From the NCBI GenBank assembly GCA_966244515.1, contig CBIMKN010000001.1, positions 1 through 27,675 of the forward strand: DNA of 27,675 nucleotides. The letters are read 5' to 3'. The DNA comes from an uncultured bacterium. Its GTDB lineage: Bacteria > Patescibacteriota > Minisyncoccia > Phycocordibacterales > UBA2100. The first letter of the stretch is position 1; each line of letters opens with the position of its first letter. Under the pieces are notes generated by a model. It saw nothing but the letters and a program-made list of their open reading frames with translations. It made no database searches and was not told the DNA's origin. Shown here piece after piece: positions 8,502 through 16,634 of the stretch. Position numbers and translations under genes: made by a program.

Positions 8502-9512
8502 CTATGCTTTGCTCGGCTTTTTCTCTTCGTAGCCGCCGATGTTGGCGATCTCGGCTTTCAGCGACGGGTGCGACTGGTAGTTTTCGAGCGTAATGTCCTC
8601 CTGCGTGAAGTCATCGATATTGCCGACGGCAGGATTCAATTTCACCGTGGGGAAGGGCATCGGCTCGCGCGCGATCTGTTCCTTCACCTGGTCGAAGTGG
8701 TTGGAATAAATGTGGACGTCGCCGAGCGTGTGCACGAATTCTCCCGGCGGGATCTTGGTAACTTGCGAGACCATGAGGAGAAGCAGCGAGTAGCTGGCGA
8801 TGTTGAAGGGGACGCCGAGGAAGAGATCGCCCGAGCGCTGGTAGAGCCCCAAGTTCAACTTTCCGTTCATGACCTGGAACTGCATCATGGTGTGGCAAAA
8901 AGGCGGTACGTGCGACTTCTGGCCTTCAGACGCCATCTCGTAGATGAAATCTGGATTCCATGCGCTCACGACGTATGACTTTCGATCGGGTTTTTTCTTG
9001 AGCCCCTCGATCACCCATGCGAGCTGATCGATCTCGCGCCCGTCTTTGGCGGGCCAGCGGCGCCACATGCGGCCGTAGATCGTGATGAGATCCCCCCACT
9101 TCACGACGAAAGGATCGCTCGCCGGCAATTCGGTGAGCTTCTTGATGAAGTCAGCCTGCGAATCGAACTCCTTGGTGTCGGACCACATTTGGTAGTGCTT
9201 CCACGCCCACTCGTCCCAGATGTGATTGTTCGCATCAAGCAGCGGCTTGATGTTGGAACTGCCGGAGAGGAACCAGAGGAGCTCGGTCACGATGCCCCGC
9301 CAGAATGTCTTTTTCGTGGTGAGGAGCGGGAAGCCGTCGCTGAGGTCGAAGCGCATCTGGCGGCCGAATACGGAGCGTATGAAGGGCGGCTCTTCGCCCT
9401 TCTTTTTGTACTCTTCGAGAACGACGTCGTTGAAGAACAGCGACTTATCCGCACCGTTGTCCAGAATGTCCTGACAGAGATCGAGATACTGGTATTCCGG
9501 GTGCTTTTTCAT
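8502..9512 (-). CDS. thyA: Thymidylate synthase (ThyA), divergent phosphate-binding site
   Basis: FPLLTTKK, IWDEWA, VSAWNP, PFCH (catalytic Cys), YQRSGD, LGVPFNIASY, DVHIYSNH. Confidence 0.93.
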   Translation of the reverse strand: MKKHPEYQYLDLCQDILDNGADKSLFFNDVVLEEYKKKGEEPPFIRSVFGRQMRFDLSDGFPLLTTKKTFWRGIVTELLWFLSGSSNIKPLLDANNHIWDEWAWKHYQMWSDTKEFDSQADFIKKLTELPASDPFVVKWGDLITIYGRMWRRWPAKDGREIDQLAWVIEGLKKKPDRKSYVVSAWNPDFIYEMASEGQKSHVPPFCHTMMQFQVMNGKLNLGLYQRSGDLFLGVPFNIASYSLLLLMVSQVTKIPPGEFVHTLGDVHIYSNHFDQVKEQIAREPMPFPTVKLNPAVGNIDDFTQEDITLENYQSHPSLKAEIANIGGYEEKKPSKA

Positions 9513-9513
9513 A

Positions 9514-10074
9514 TCATTTGCTCGCTATTCTTTTCTTCTTTGCGGGAACGAAGTGCTTCCAATTGTCTTTCGCGAAGCGGCCGACTTTCTTGTAGCTCTG
9601 GCTCGGCGGCGAGGAGAGCTTTGAGAAGGTGATCTGCGCGATCTCCATGCCCGGGCGCAGGATGATCGGGATGTTGCTCTGGTTGGTGATCTCGAAGGTG
9701 ATGTTGAGGAAGTGCCCGGGATTGATGATGCCGGCGGTGTTGTGGATCATGAGGCCGATGCGCGCGAGCGACGATTTGCCGCCGACTTGTATGAGGTAGT
9801 GGTCAGAACCGAAGAACTCTTTCGAGAGGCCGAGCACGGAGACGCCGGGGTGGAGCACGAACTCCTCGCCATCTTTGATCATTTTCTCGGTGGTCTTGGC
9901 GTAGATCTTGTGGGCAGGGTCTACGAAGTGCGTCGAGCTTGCGTCGTTCTCGACGAATTTATTGCCGAGAAGAATGTCGTACGAAGCGGGCTGGAGACGA
10001 GACGGATCGAACGGCTGGAGAGTGATCTCGCCATCTTTCACTGCTTTTTTGATGTCTACGTCGGATAGGAACAT
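9514..10074 (-). CDS. dcd: dCTP deaminase (trimeric dUTPase superfamily)
   Basis: LSD, LQPASYD, GKSSLARIG, IHNTAG, ITFEITN, PGMEIAQITF. Confidence 0.88.
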   Translation of the reverse strand: MFLSDVDIKKAVKDGEITLQPFDPSRLQPASYDILLGNKFVENDASSTHFVDPAHKIYAKTTEKMIKDGEEFVLHPGVSVLGLSKEFFGSDHYLIQVGGKSSLARIGLMIHNTAGIINPGHFLNITFEITNQSNIPIILRPGMEIAQITFSKLSSPPSQSYKKVGRFAKDNWKHFVPAKKKRIASK

Positions 10075-10079
10075 AGGGG

Positions 10080-10754
10080 TTAGTCTACATTAAATATTTT
10101 GTCGGTCCCGTAGTACTCGGGCCAGTGCGCATTGTAAAAGGAGAACATACGCTCAAGTCTGTCCTGTGGGAGCTCCTCGATGCCGAGCTTCTGCATGAAG
10201 GCGTCGATATCCGCCCTTGCCTCGGAGAGTTTCGATTCGTCGTCGACGACGCGCTCGATCTCGGCCAGGTATCCATAGCCTGCGTTCTTGTCGAGGCAGA
10301 CATTGAGCCCGCCCGCTCTGTACTCCTCTCGCTCGCGCGACCACTTTGCCTGGTACGTGAAGCCGGCGGAGAGGACGAGCTCGTCGAGCTCGAGGATGCC
10401 AAGCGGCACCTGCTCTTCGAACTCCATGCGGCTCACGCCGTTGGCGCTGGTATCCTCGCCGACGGATGCTTTCACGACGAGGAGCACGATGTTGTCTTTG
10501 TCGCGCGTGCGCACGGAGAAGCTCTTTGCGCGCGCCGCGAGATCTTTCAGCTTTGCCTGCGCATCGGGACTGAGGTGCGGCGCCATCACGTCTGCCAATT
10601 TCTCGATCGTACCGCCTTCGAAGTAGTGGTTGAGCTGGCGATTCCTGTCGACGAGCTGGCAGTCCGGGTCGAGGTCTTTCAGTGCGCTCCTTAGCATGTC
10701 GGCGCGCTCTGCGCTTCCTAAGAGAGACTTCACCTCGACTTCGTAGTTCTGCAT
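10080..10754 (-). CDS. CYTH / triphosphate tunnel metalloenzyme (CyaB-like fold)
   Basis: N-terminal EVEVK (ExExK), QLNHYF, VRTR, RMEFE, REREEY, CLD...YLAEIE. Confidence 0.85.
   Translation of the reverse strand: MQNYEVEVKSLLGSAERADMLRSALKDLDPDCQLVDRNRQLNHYFEGGTIEKLADVMAPHLSPDAQAKLKDLAARAKSFSVRTRDKDNIVLLVVKASVGEDTSANGVSRMEFEEQVPLGILELDELVLSAGFTYQAKWSREREEYRAGGLNVCLDKNAGYGYLAEIERVVDDESKLSEARADIDAFMQKLGIEELPQDRLERMFSFYNAHWPEYYGTDKIFNVD
10082..10087 (-). promoter_or_regulatory. -10 box TAGACT for dcd, inside the CYTH 3' end
   Basis: 7 nt before ATG 10074. Confidence 0.4.
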
Positions 10755-10762
10755 GGACGGTC

Positions 10763-10768
10763 ATTATA
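10763..10768 (-). promoter_or_regulatory. -10 box TATAAT for the CYTH gene
   Basis: Perfect TATAAT 8 nt before ATG 10754. Confidence 0.65.
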
Positions 10769-10836
10769 GCTCGCGGTCCGCGCCGTCTAGTCTTGCGCGC
10801 GGTGGGATATGTGGCAGGGTGCAGAGAGGAAGGGAG

Positions 10837-11415
10837 ATGACGATGATCGACATCCTGGTTCCCAAGATATGGGTCAGTACGGACAAGATATGGACAGGGG
10901 AGCCGGATAGGGTGCTCCTGTTCTTCGCCGGTCCGGTGAGGGGCGGCGGGGATTGGCAGAAAGACGGCTGTGATCTGGTCTCGGTGCATCCGGCGCTGAA
11001 GAACTCGGTGATCGTGACGCCGACGCGCTGGGATCGTACGCACGCTCTTGCTCCGCGATTCATGCACGGGCCGACGACGTGCTTTCCCCGCCAGCTCAAC
11101 TACGAACGCCACTACCTAGCGCTTGCGGGACTCGATGAGAGGCCGGGGTGTATCCTCTTCTGGCTCCGCTGCGAGAGCGAGGAGGATCCGCATCCGGGAC
11201 CCGAGCCGTATTCGATGGATACGCGCGGCGAGCTTGCGGAGTGGCGCATGCGCATGAAATTCCAGAATGCGCGCGTTGTCATCGGCGCAGAGCCCGACTA
11301 CCACGGGCTCAGTCAGATCCAGCGCAACTACAGCCTCGAACTCGGGTACGAATTTCCGATCTACCCGACGCTCGAAGCCACGATCGATGCGGCAGCGCGG
11401 ATGGCGTATCGCTGA
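10837..11415 (+). CDS. Nucleoside 2-deoxyribosyltransferase-like / nucleotide N-glycosidase-like protein
   Basis: LFFAGPVRGGGDWQ, QLNYERHYL, ILFWL, TRGELAEW (putative nucleophile Glu). Start set to ATG 10837 after a purine-rich SD (gagaggaagggag), 192 aa. Confidence 0.7.
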   Translation: MTMIDILVPKIWVSTDKIWTGEPDRVLLFFAGPVRGGGDWQKDGCDLVSVHPALKNSVIVTPTRWDRTHALAPRFMHGPTTCFPRQLNYERHYLALAGLDERPGCILFWLRCESEEDPHPGPEPYSMDTRGELAEWRMRMKFQNARVVIGAEPDYHGLSQIQRNYSLELGYEFPIYPTLEATIDAAARMAYR

Positions 11416-11427
11416 CGAGAGTGCAGA

Positions 11428-11449
11428 GGGGCGGCCCACGGGCCGCCCC
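11428..11449 (+). terminator. GC hairpin after the NDT-like gene (terminator-like, no U tract)
   Basis: ggggcggcc-cacg-ggccgcccc, a perfect 9-bp stem. Confidence 0.5.
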
Positions 11450-11456
11450 ATTCACG

Positions 11457-11465
11457 TGGTATATT
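11457..11465 (+). promoter_or_regulatory. Extended -10 (TGgTATATT) for folA
   Basis: 7 nt before ATG 11473. Confidence 0.6.
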
Positions 11466-11472
11466 CGCTCGT

Positions 11473-11979
11473 ATGAATGGAGCGAAAGTCGTCGCTGTCG
11501 CCGCGATCGGCAAGAACAGGGAATTGGGAAAGGGCAACGAATTGCTCTGGCACATCCCCGCAGACCTCAAGCGGTTCAAGGAGCTCACGGCGGGCCACCC
11601 GATCGTGCTCGGCCGCAAAACATTTGAATCCATCGTCGGCTATTTGGGTAAGCCGCTGCCGGGGCGGCAGAACATCGTTGTGACGCGCGACAGCAATTGG
11701 TCGTACGAGGGTGTCCTCGTCGCTGCCTCGGTCGAAGAAGCGATCGCGAAAGGTAAGGAATTGGATGGAGAACAGGTCTCGATCGGCGGCGGGGCGCAGA
11801 TATATCAGGCGGCGCTCCCGTACACCGATGAACTCCGCCTCACCGTGATCGACGATAGCAAGGAGGCGGACTCATTCTTTCCTCCGTATGAACAAGAGTT
11901 CACAAAAGTCTTGGGCGAAGAGTCGCGCGAACACGACGGTCTGCGGTATCGGTGGGTGGATTTGGCGAGGGGAGAGTGA
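11473..11979 (+). CDS. folA: Dihydrofolate reductase
   Basis: AIGKNRELG, LLWHIPADLKRFK, LGRKTFES, PLPGRQNIV, IGGGAQIY, DSFFP. Confidence 0.97.
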   Translation: MNGAKVVAVAAIGKNRELGKGNELLWHIPADLKRFKELTAGHPIVLGRKTFESIVGYLGKPLPGRQNIVVTRDSNWSYEGVLVAASVEEAIAKGKELDGEQVSIGGGAQIYQAALPYTDELRLTVIDDSKEADSFFPPYEQEFTKVLGEESREHDGLRYRWVDLARGE

Positions 11980-11984
11980 ACAGC

Positions 11985-11990
11985 TATCAT
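11985..11990 (+). promoter_or_regulatory. -10 box TATCAT for purL
   Basis: 6 nt before ATG 11997. Confidence 0.55.
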
Positions 11991-11996
11991 GCGCGC

Positions 11997-14957
11997 ATGG
12001 CTAGGCGGATCACGGTAGCGGCTACGACAGACGATGCGCGAGCCGCCGGGTACCTGCGCACTCTCCGCTCGCTCTATCCGAAATCCCGCCTCAAGGCAGT
12101 TTCCGTAGCGGCGGCGTACACGACCGACGCGAAGCTCTCCAAAAGCGAGCTTGAATCGTTCGCCAAGCGGCTCAGCAACCCGCTGATCGAGCGCTACTCC
12201 ACCGTTGCCGTCATTGCTCCGAGATCATTCACCGCCGCGATCGAGATCGGCTTTCATCCGGGCGTGACCGACAACGTGGGCAAGACCGCGAAACAGGCGC
12301 TTGAGGACATGCTCGGCCGCTCGCTTACGAAGGACGAGGATGTGTACTCGTCCGTTTTCATGTTCCTCGCTGGACCGAGCGTACGGGATGCAGCGGCAAT
12401 GGCGAGGGAGCTGCACAATCCGCTCATCGAGCGCGCGTCGATCTACTCCGCGAGCGATGCAAAGAAGGGATTCCCCATTGTCGTGCCGAAGGTGCACCTG
12501 CACGAGAGCGTCTCTGCGGATACGGTCGATCTCGACGTGAGCGACGATGAGCTTGCGCGCATCGGCAAAGAGGGCATTGCGAACGCGGATGGCACGCGCC
12601 GCGGCCCGCTCGCACTCTCGCTAAGAGCGATGAAGGTTATCCAGGCGCACTATAAGAAGCTGAAGCGCAACCCGACCGATATAGAGCTCGAATCGCTCGC
12701 GCAGACCTGGTCGGAACACTGCAAGCATTCGATTTTTGCTGATCCCATCGATGAGGTGAAAGAGGGGATCTACCGCCGCTACATCAAAGGAGCGACGAAG
12801 AAGATACGAGCGGAGAAGGGAAAAAAAGATTTCTGCGTATCCGTCTTTACCGACAATGCGGGCGGCATCGTCTTCGATGATGAGTACCTCGTTACGCATA
12901 AGGTGGAGACCCACAATTCTCCGTCGGCGCTTGATCCGTTTGGCGGCGCGATCACGGGCATTGTCGGCGTGAATCGCGACGCGCTCGGCTTCGGTCTCGG
13001 AGCGAAACCGATCGCCAATGTGTATGGCTTCTGCGTCGCAGACCCGCGCGATACGTCGCCAATCTATCGCGATGCAAAAAAGGAGCAGCCGCTCTTGCCA
13101 GCGAGGAGGATCCTTGAGGGCGTCGTGAAGGGCGTGAACCATGGCGGCAACCAGAGCGGCATACCGACGCCGCTTGGCTTTGTCGCGACAGACCCGCGCT
13201 ATCGCGGCAAGCCGCTCGTCTTCGCGGGCACCGTGGGTCTGATCCCGCGAAAAGAAGGAAAAAGGGATCTCGCACAAAAGAAAGCGCGCCCGGGAGATTA
13301 CATCGTGATGGCAGGAGGCCGCGTCGGCCTCGACGGCATCCATGGGGCGACATTTTCATCGGAAGCGCTCGCAAGCGGCTCTCCGGCCACGGCGGTGCAG
13401 ATCGGCGATCCGATCACGCAGAAGAAAATGTCGGATGCGATTGTGCGAGAGGCGCGTGAGCGTGATCTTTACAGCAGCATCACCGACAACGGGGCGGGCG
13501 GGCTTTCGTGCTCGGTCGCTGAAATGGCGAAAGAGTGCGGCGGCGCCGTCGTGTCGCTCGAAAAGGTGCCGCTCAAATATCCCGGCCTCTCTCCGTGGCA
13601 GATATGGATCTCCGAATCGCAGGAGCGCATGACGCTCTCCGTGCCGAAGAAGAAATGGAAGGAGCTGAAGAAGCTTTTCGATCGCCACGATGTAGAGGCG
13701 AGCGTGATCGGCGAGTTCACCGGCTCCAAGAGCTGTGTCGTGAAATACAAAGGCAAGACGATCATGGATATGCAGATGGATTTTCTACACGATGGCCGTC
13801 CCGTAGAGATCCAGAAGACCAAGAAGCCCGTGTATACGAACACAGAGCCGCCAAAGAAACTCCGCGCGATCGAGCCGCAGAAGGCGCTCCTCAGTCTTCT
13901 CTCGAGGCCCAATATCGGCAGCATTTCGTTCATATCGGAGCAGTACGATCACGAAGTGCAGGGCACGTCGGTGACGAAGCCGCTCCAGGGTCGCGGCAGA
14001 GTCAATGCTGACGCCGGGGTGATCCAGCCGCTGCCGCACTCCCCAAAGGGCGTCGTACTTAGTCACGGGTATTTCCCGTGGTATTCCGATATCGACACCA
14101 ATGCAATGGCCGCCGCATCGATAGACACTGCAGTACGAAACGCCGTATGCGCTGGCGCTTCGCTCAAGCATCTCGCCATCCTCGACAATTTCTGCTGGTC
14201 GTCATCGAACACTCCTGAGCGGCTCTATGAGCTCAAGCACGCCGCTGAAGCCGTGTACGACATCGCTGTCGCATACGGCACGCCGTACATCTCCGGCAAG
14301 GACAGCATGTTCAACGATTTCCGCGGGTGGAATGCAAGGGGTGAAAAGATTCATATTGCAGCACCACCCACGCTCCTTATCTCGGCGATCGGTGTCATCG
14401 AAGATGCGTCTCGCGCAACGACACTCGATTTCAAGGCTGAGGGCGACCGCATCTACCTGATCGGAGACACGAATGACGAGCTCGGCGCATCGGAATACTT
14501 CGGAATGCTCTCGTCGTCCGCAAAAAAAGCATACGTCGGCTCGCGCGTGCCTCGCACTGATGTAAAGAAGAATGCTCGTGCGTACCGCGCGCTCGAGATA
14601 GCGATGCATAGCGGCGCGGTCGTCTCCGCACTCTCGGTCGGACGCGGCGGTCTTGGCGTCGCGCTCGCCAAATCCGCCATCGCCGGTCAGATCGGCGCTA
14701 TGATCGATCTCACGAAACTTCCAGGCGACGCACAGCATGCCGACTCCGTACTCTTCTCTGAGAGCCAGGGCCGCATCCTCGTTAGCGTCCGCGCCGGAGA
14801 GGAAGAGAAGTTTGAGAAAGCCATGCGGGGGACCGTCTGCACGCGGATCGGTACCGTGCGCGGACGCGACCTGTCGGTCATAGCTGGCAGAGGGACGCTC
14901 AATACGAGCATAGAGAAGCTCACCGCCGCATATCGCACACCTTTCAAAAATTGGTAA
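11997..14957 (+). CDS. purL: FGAM synthase synthetase subunit with PurS-like N-terminal extension
   Basis: QTWSEHCKH, KVETHNSPS..DPFGGA, DNGAGGL, SESQERM, QYDHEV, ISGKDS, FSESQGR; N-terminal PGVTDNVG. Start set to ATG 11997 (986 aa). Confidence 0.95.
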   Translation: MARRITVAATTDDARAAGYLRTLRSLYPKSRLKAVSVAAAYTTDAKLSKSELESFAKRLSNPLIERYSTVAVIAPRSFTAAIEIGFHPGVTDNVGKTAKQALEDMLGRSLTKDEDVYSSVFMFLAGPSVRDAAAMARELHNPLIERASIYSASDAKKGFPIVVPKVHLHESVSADTVDLDVSDDELARIGKEGIANADGTRRGPLALSLRAMKVIQAHYKKLKRNPTDIELESLAQTWSEHCKHSIFADPIDEVKEGIYRRYIKGATKKIRAEKGKKDFCVSVFTDNAGGIVFDDEYLVTHKVETHNSPSALDPFGGAITGIVGVNRDALGFGLGAKPIANVYGFCVADPRDTSPIYRDAKKEQPLLPARRILEGVVKGVNHGGNQSGIPTPLGFVATDPRYRGKPLVFAGTVGLIPRKEGKRDLAQKKARPGDYIVMAGGRVGLDGIHGATFSSEALASGSPATAVQIGDPITQKKMSDAIVREARERDLYSSITDNGAGGLSCSVAEMAKECGGAVVSLEKVPLKYPGLSPWQIWISESQERMTLSVPKKKWKELKKLFDRHDVEASVIGEFTGSKSCVVKYKGKTIMDMQMDFLHDGRPVEIQKTKKPVYTNTEPPKKLRAIEPQKALLSLLSRPNIGSISFISEQYDHEVQGTSVTKPLQGRGRVNADAGVIQPLPHSPKGVVLSHGYFPWYSDIDTNAMAAASIDTAVRNAVCAGASLKHLAILDNFCWSSSNTPERLYELKHAAEAVYDIAVAYGTPYISGKDSMFNDFRGWNARGEKIHIAAPPTLLISAIGVIEDASRATTLDFKAEGDRIYLIGDTNDELGASEYFGMLSSSAKKAYVGSRVPRTDVKKNARAYRALEIAMHSGAVVSALSVGRGGLGVALAKSAIAGQIGAMIDLTKLPGDAQHADSVLFSESQGRILVSVRAGEEEKFEKAMRGTVCTRIGTVRGRDLSVIAGRGTLNTSIEKLTAAYRTPFKNW

Positions 14958-14961
14958 ACAT

Positions 14962-15732
14962 ATGTCAAAACCGCGCGTCATCATATTTTCCGGATACGGA
15001 CTCAACTGCGAGGCAGAGACGCAGGCGGCTTTCGAGCGCGCGGGGGCAAGCGCTCGGATCGTCCATATCAACGATCTCATCGCGAAGCCTGCCCTGCTTA
15101 AAGACGCCGAGATCATCGCATTCCCTGGCGGGTTTTCGTACGGCGACGACACAGGATCCGGTAAAGCATATGCGAATCGCATCAAGGAGCACCTATCGGA
15201 GCAGCTCGACGCCTTCCTTGAGCGCGACACGCTCGCGATCGGCATCTGCAACGGCTTCCAGATCATGACGAGCGCAGGGCTGTTGCCGGGAGCGCTCATC
15301 GCCAACGATTCGGGACGATTCATCACGCGGTGGGTGGATCTCAAAGTCGAGAACAATAGCCCGTGGCTCATGGGTATCGAATCGCTCTCGCTGCCGATCG
15401 CGCACGGAGAGGGGAAGTACTATGCAGACGCCTCGACCCTCGCTGCGCTGAAAGTGGATAGGGCCGTAGCGCTGACATACGAGCGCGGGCCCATCTGCGA
15501 ACACTTCGACCTACCGGGGAATCCCAACGGCGCGCTCGAGGATATCGCGGGCGTGACCGCGCGGGATGGCCGCGTATTCGGCCTCATGCCGCACCCGGAG
15601 CGGGCCGTGCGCTTCACCCAGCTGCCGCACTGGACGTACGAGAAGGAGAAATACATACGCGAAGGGCTGCCGACGCCCGACGAAGGCCCGGGTATTCGGA
15701 TATTTCAGAACGCCGTGCGGTACTTTGCATAA
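14962..15732 (+). CDS. purQ: FGAM synthase glutaminase subunit
   Basis: GLNCEAET, PGGFSYGDD, GICNGFQ, PIAHGEG, NPNG, MPHPER (Cys-His-Glu triad). Confidence 0.96.
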   Translation: MSKPRVIIFSGYGLNCEAETQAAFERAGASARIVHINDLIAKPALLKDAEIIAFPGGFSYGDDTGSGKAYANRIKEHLSEQLDAFLERDTLAIGICNGFQIMTSAGLLPGALIANDSGRFITRWVDLKVENNSPWLMGIESLSLPIAHGEGKYYADASTLAALKVDRAVALTYERGPICEHFDLPGNPNGALEDIAGVTARDGRVFGLMPHPERAVRFTQLPHWTYEKEKYIREGLPTPDEGPGIRIFQNAVRYFA

Positions 15733-15789
15733 ATCGTGCAGGTGATACGCTGCCGCTAGGTCCGGCATACGAAACCGAGGGAGGGAACA

Positions 15790-16623
15790 ATGCGGACAAC
15801 GCTGTTGAATGCCCATCTCGCGGCATTCGATTTTGACAAGACGATCGCGAGAACGTTCGAGCCGAGCCCCAAAGGCATCGGCGTGAATGAGGCCTACGAA
15901 CTCGCGCTTCAGAAGCTCTTCGGCCCCAAGGGGCTGATGCAGTCGGTCGGGGGGCTCAGGAATCGGGCCCCGACGGAACTCGTGCAGGATATTCTGGATG
16001 TGCATCCGAGTCTTCTGGCGCGAGGCATGCTGACCTACGAGCGTGAGTACGAGCGCCTGAAGTCGCTGATGCCCCGCGGCAAGGGCATTCCGCTCGTCCC
16101 GCTTCGCGTAGGCGACGTGGTGGAGCTCATCGGAGAAGTGCTCGTGCGGCTCAAGCTCGAGATACTCCTCAATGAGATCAGTCCGGTGTGGCCGCGGCCG
16201 TACGAGGGCGTCCTGGAGTTCATGGACGACCTGCATCAGCGCGACAAGGCGACGGCCATCATCAGCTCGGGACACGATCCGTTCATCCGCAGGTGCTTCG
16301 ATGTCTGGGGCGCAGCGTGCCCGCGCATCTTGCTCACCGACGATGATCTGAGGCCGCGTCCCGACCCGATCGTGAAGAAGACGAAGCCATCGAGGGTCTT
16401 GATCGACTACGTCATCATGATGGCGTTCATGTCGGGCAGGACAATCACGTCGAAAGACATCGTGTATTTCGGCGACGACATCGATAAGGACGGCGGCCTT
16501 GCGGCGAATGCGGACGTACCGTTCGGGCACTTTTGTCCGGAGGCGACAGAGCCGCATCCGCGGCTCGGGAAAGACGCCTTCTGGCTCAGGTCCTGGCATG
16601 AAGCGCGCAGTGCGCTTCACTAG
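15790..16623 (+). CDS. HAD superfamily hydrolase (C1-cap type), putative phosphatase/nucleotidase
   Basis: Motif I FDFDKT, motif II ISSG, motif III KTKP, motif IV FGDDIDKD; SD ggagg upstream. Confidence 0.75.
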   Translation: MRTTLLNAHLAAFDFDKTIARTFEPSPKGIGVNEAYELALQKLFGPKGLMQSVGGLRNRAPTELVQDILDVHPSLLARGMLTYEREYERLKSLMPRGKGIPLVPLRVGDVVELIGEVLVRLKLEILLNEISPVWPRPYEGVLEFMDDLHQRDKATAIISSGHDPFIRRCFDVWGAACPRILLTDDDLRPRPDPIVKKTKPSRVLIDYVIMMAFMSGRTITSKDIVYFGDDIDKDGGLAANADVPFGHFCPEATEPHPRLGKDAFWLRSWHEARSALH

Positions 16624-16634
16624 AACAAGTGGTG

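Noticed and set aside
11980-11996. Purine riboswitch or PurR box ahead of purL
   Set aside because: Only 17 nt separate folA and purL, and the -10 is 6 nt from the ATG, leaving no leader.
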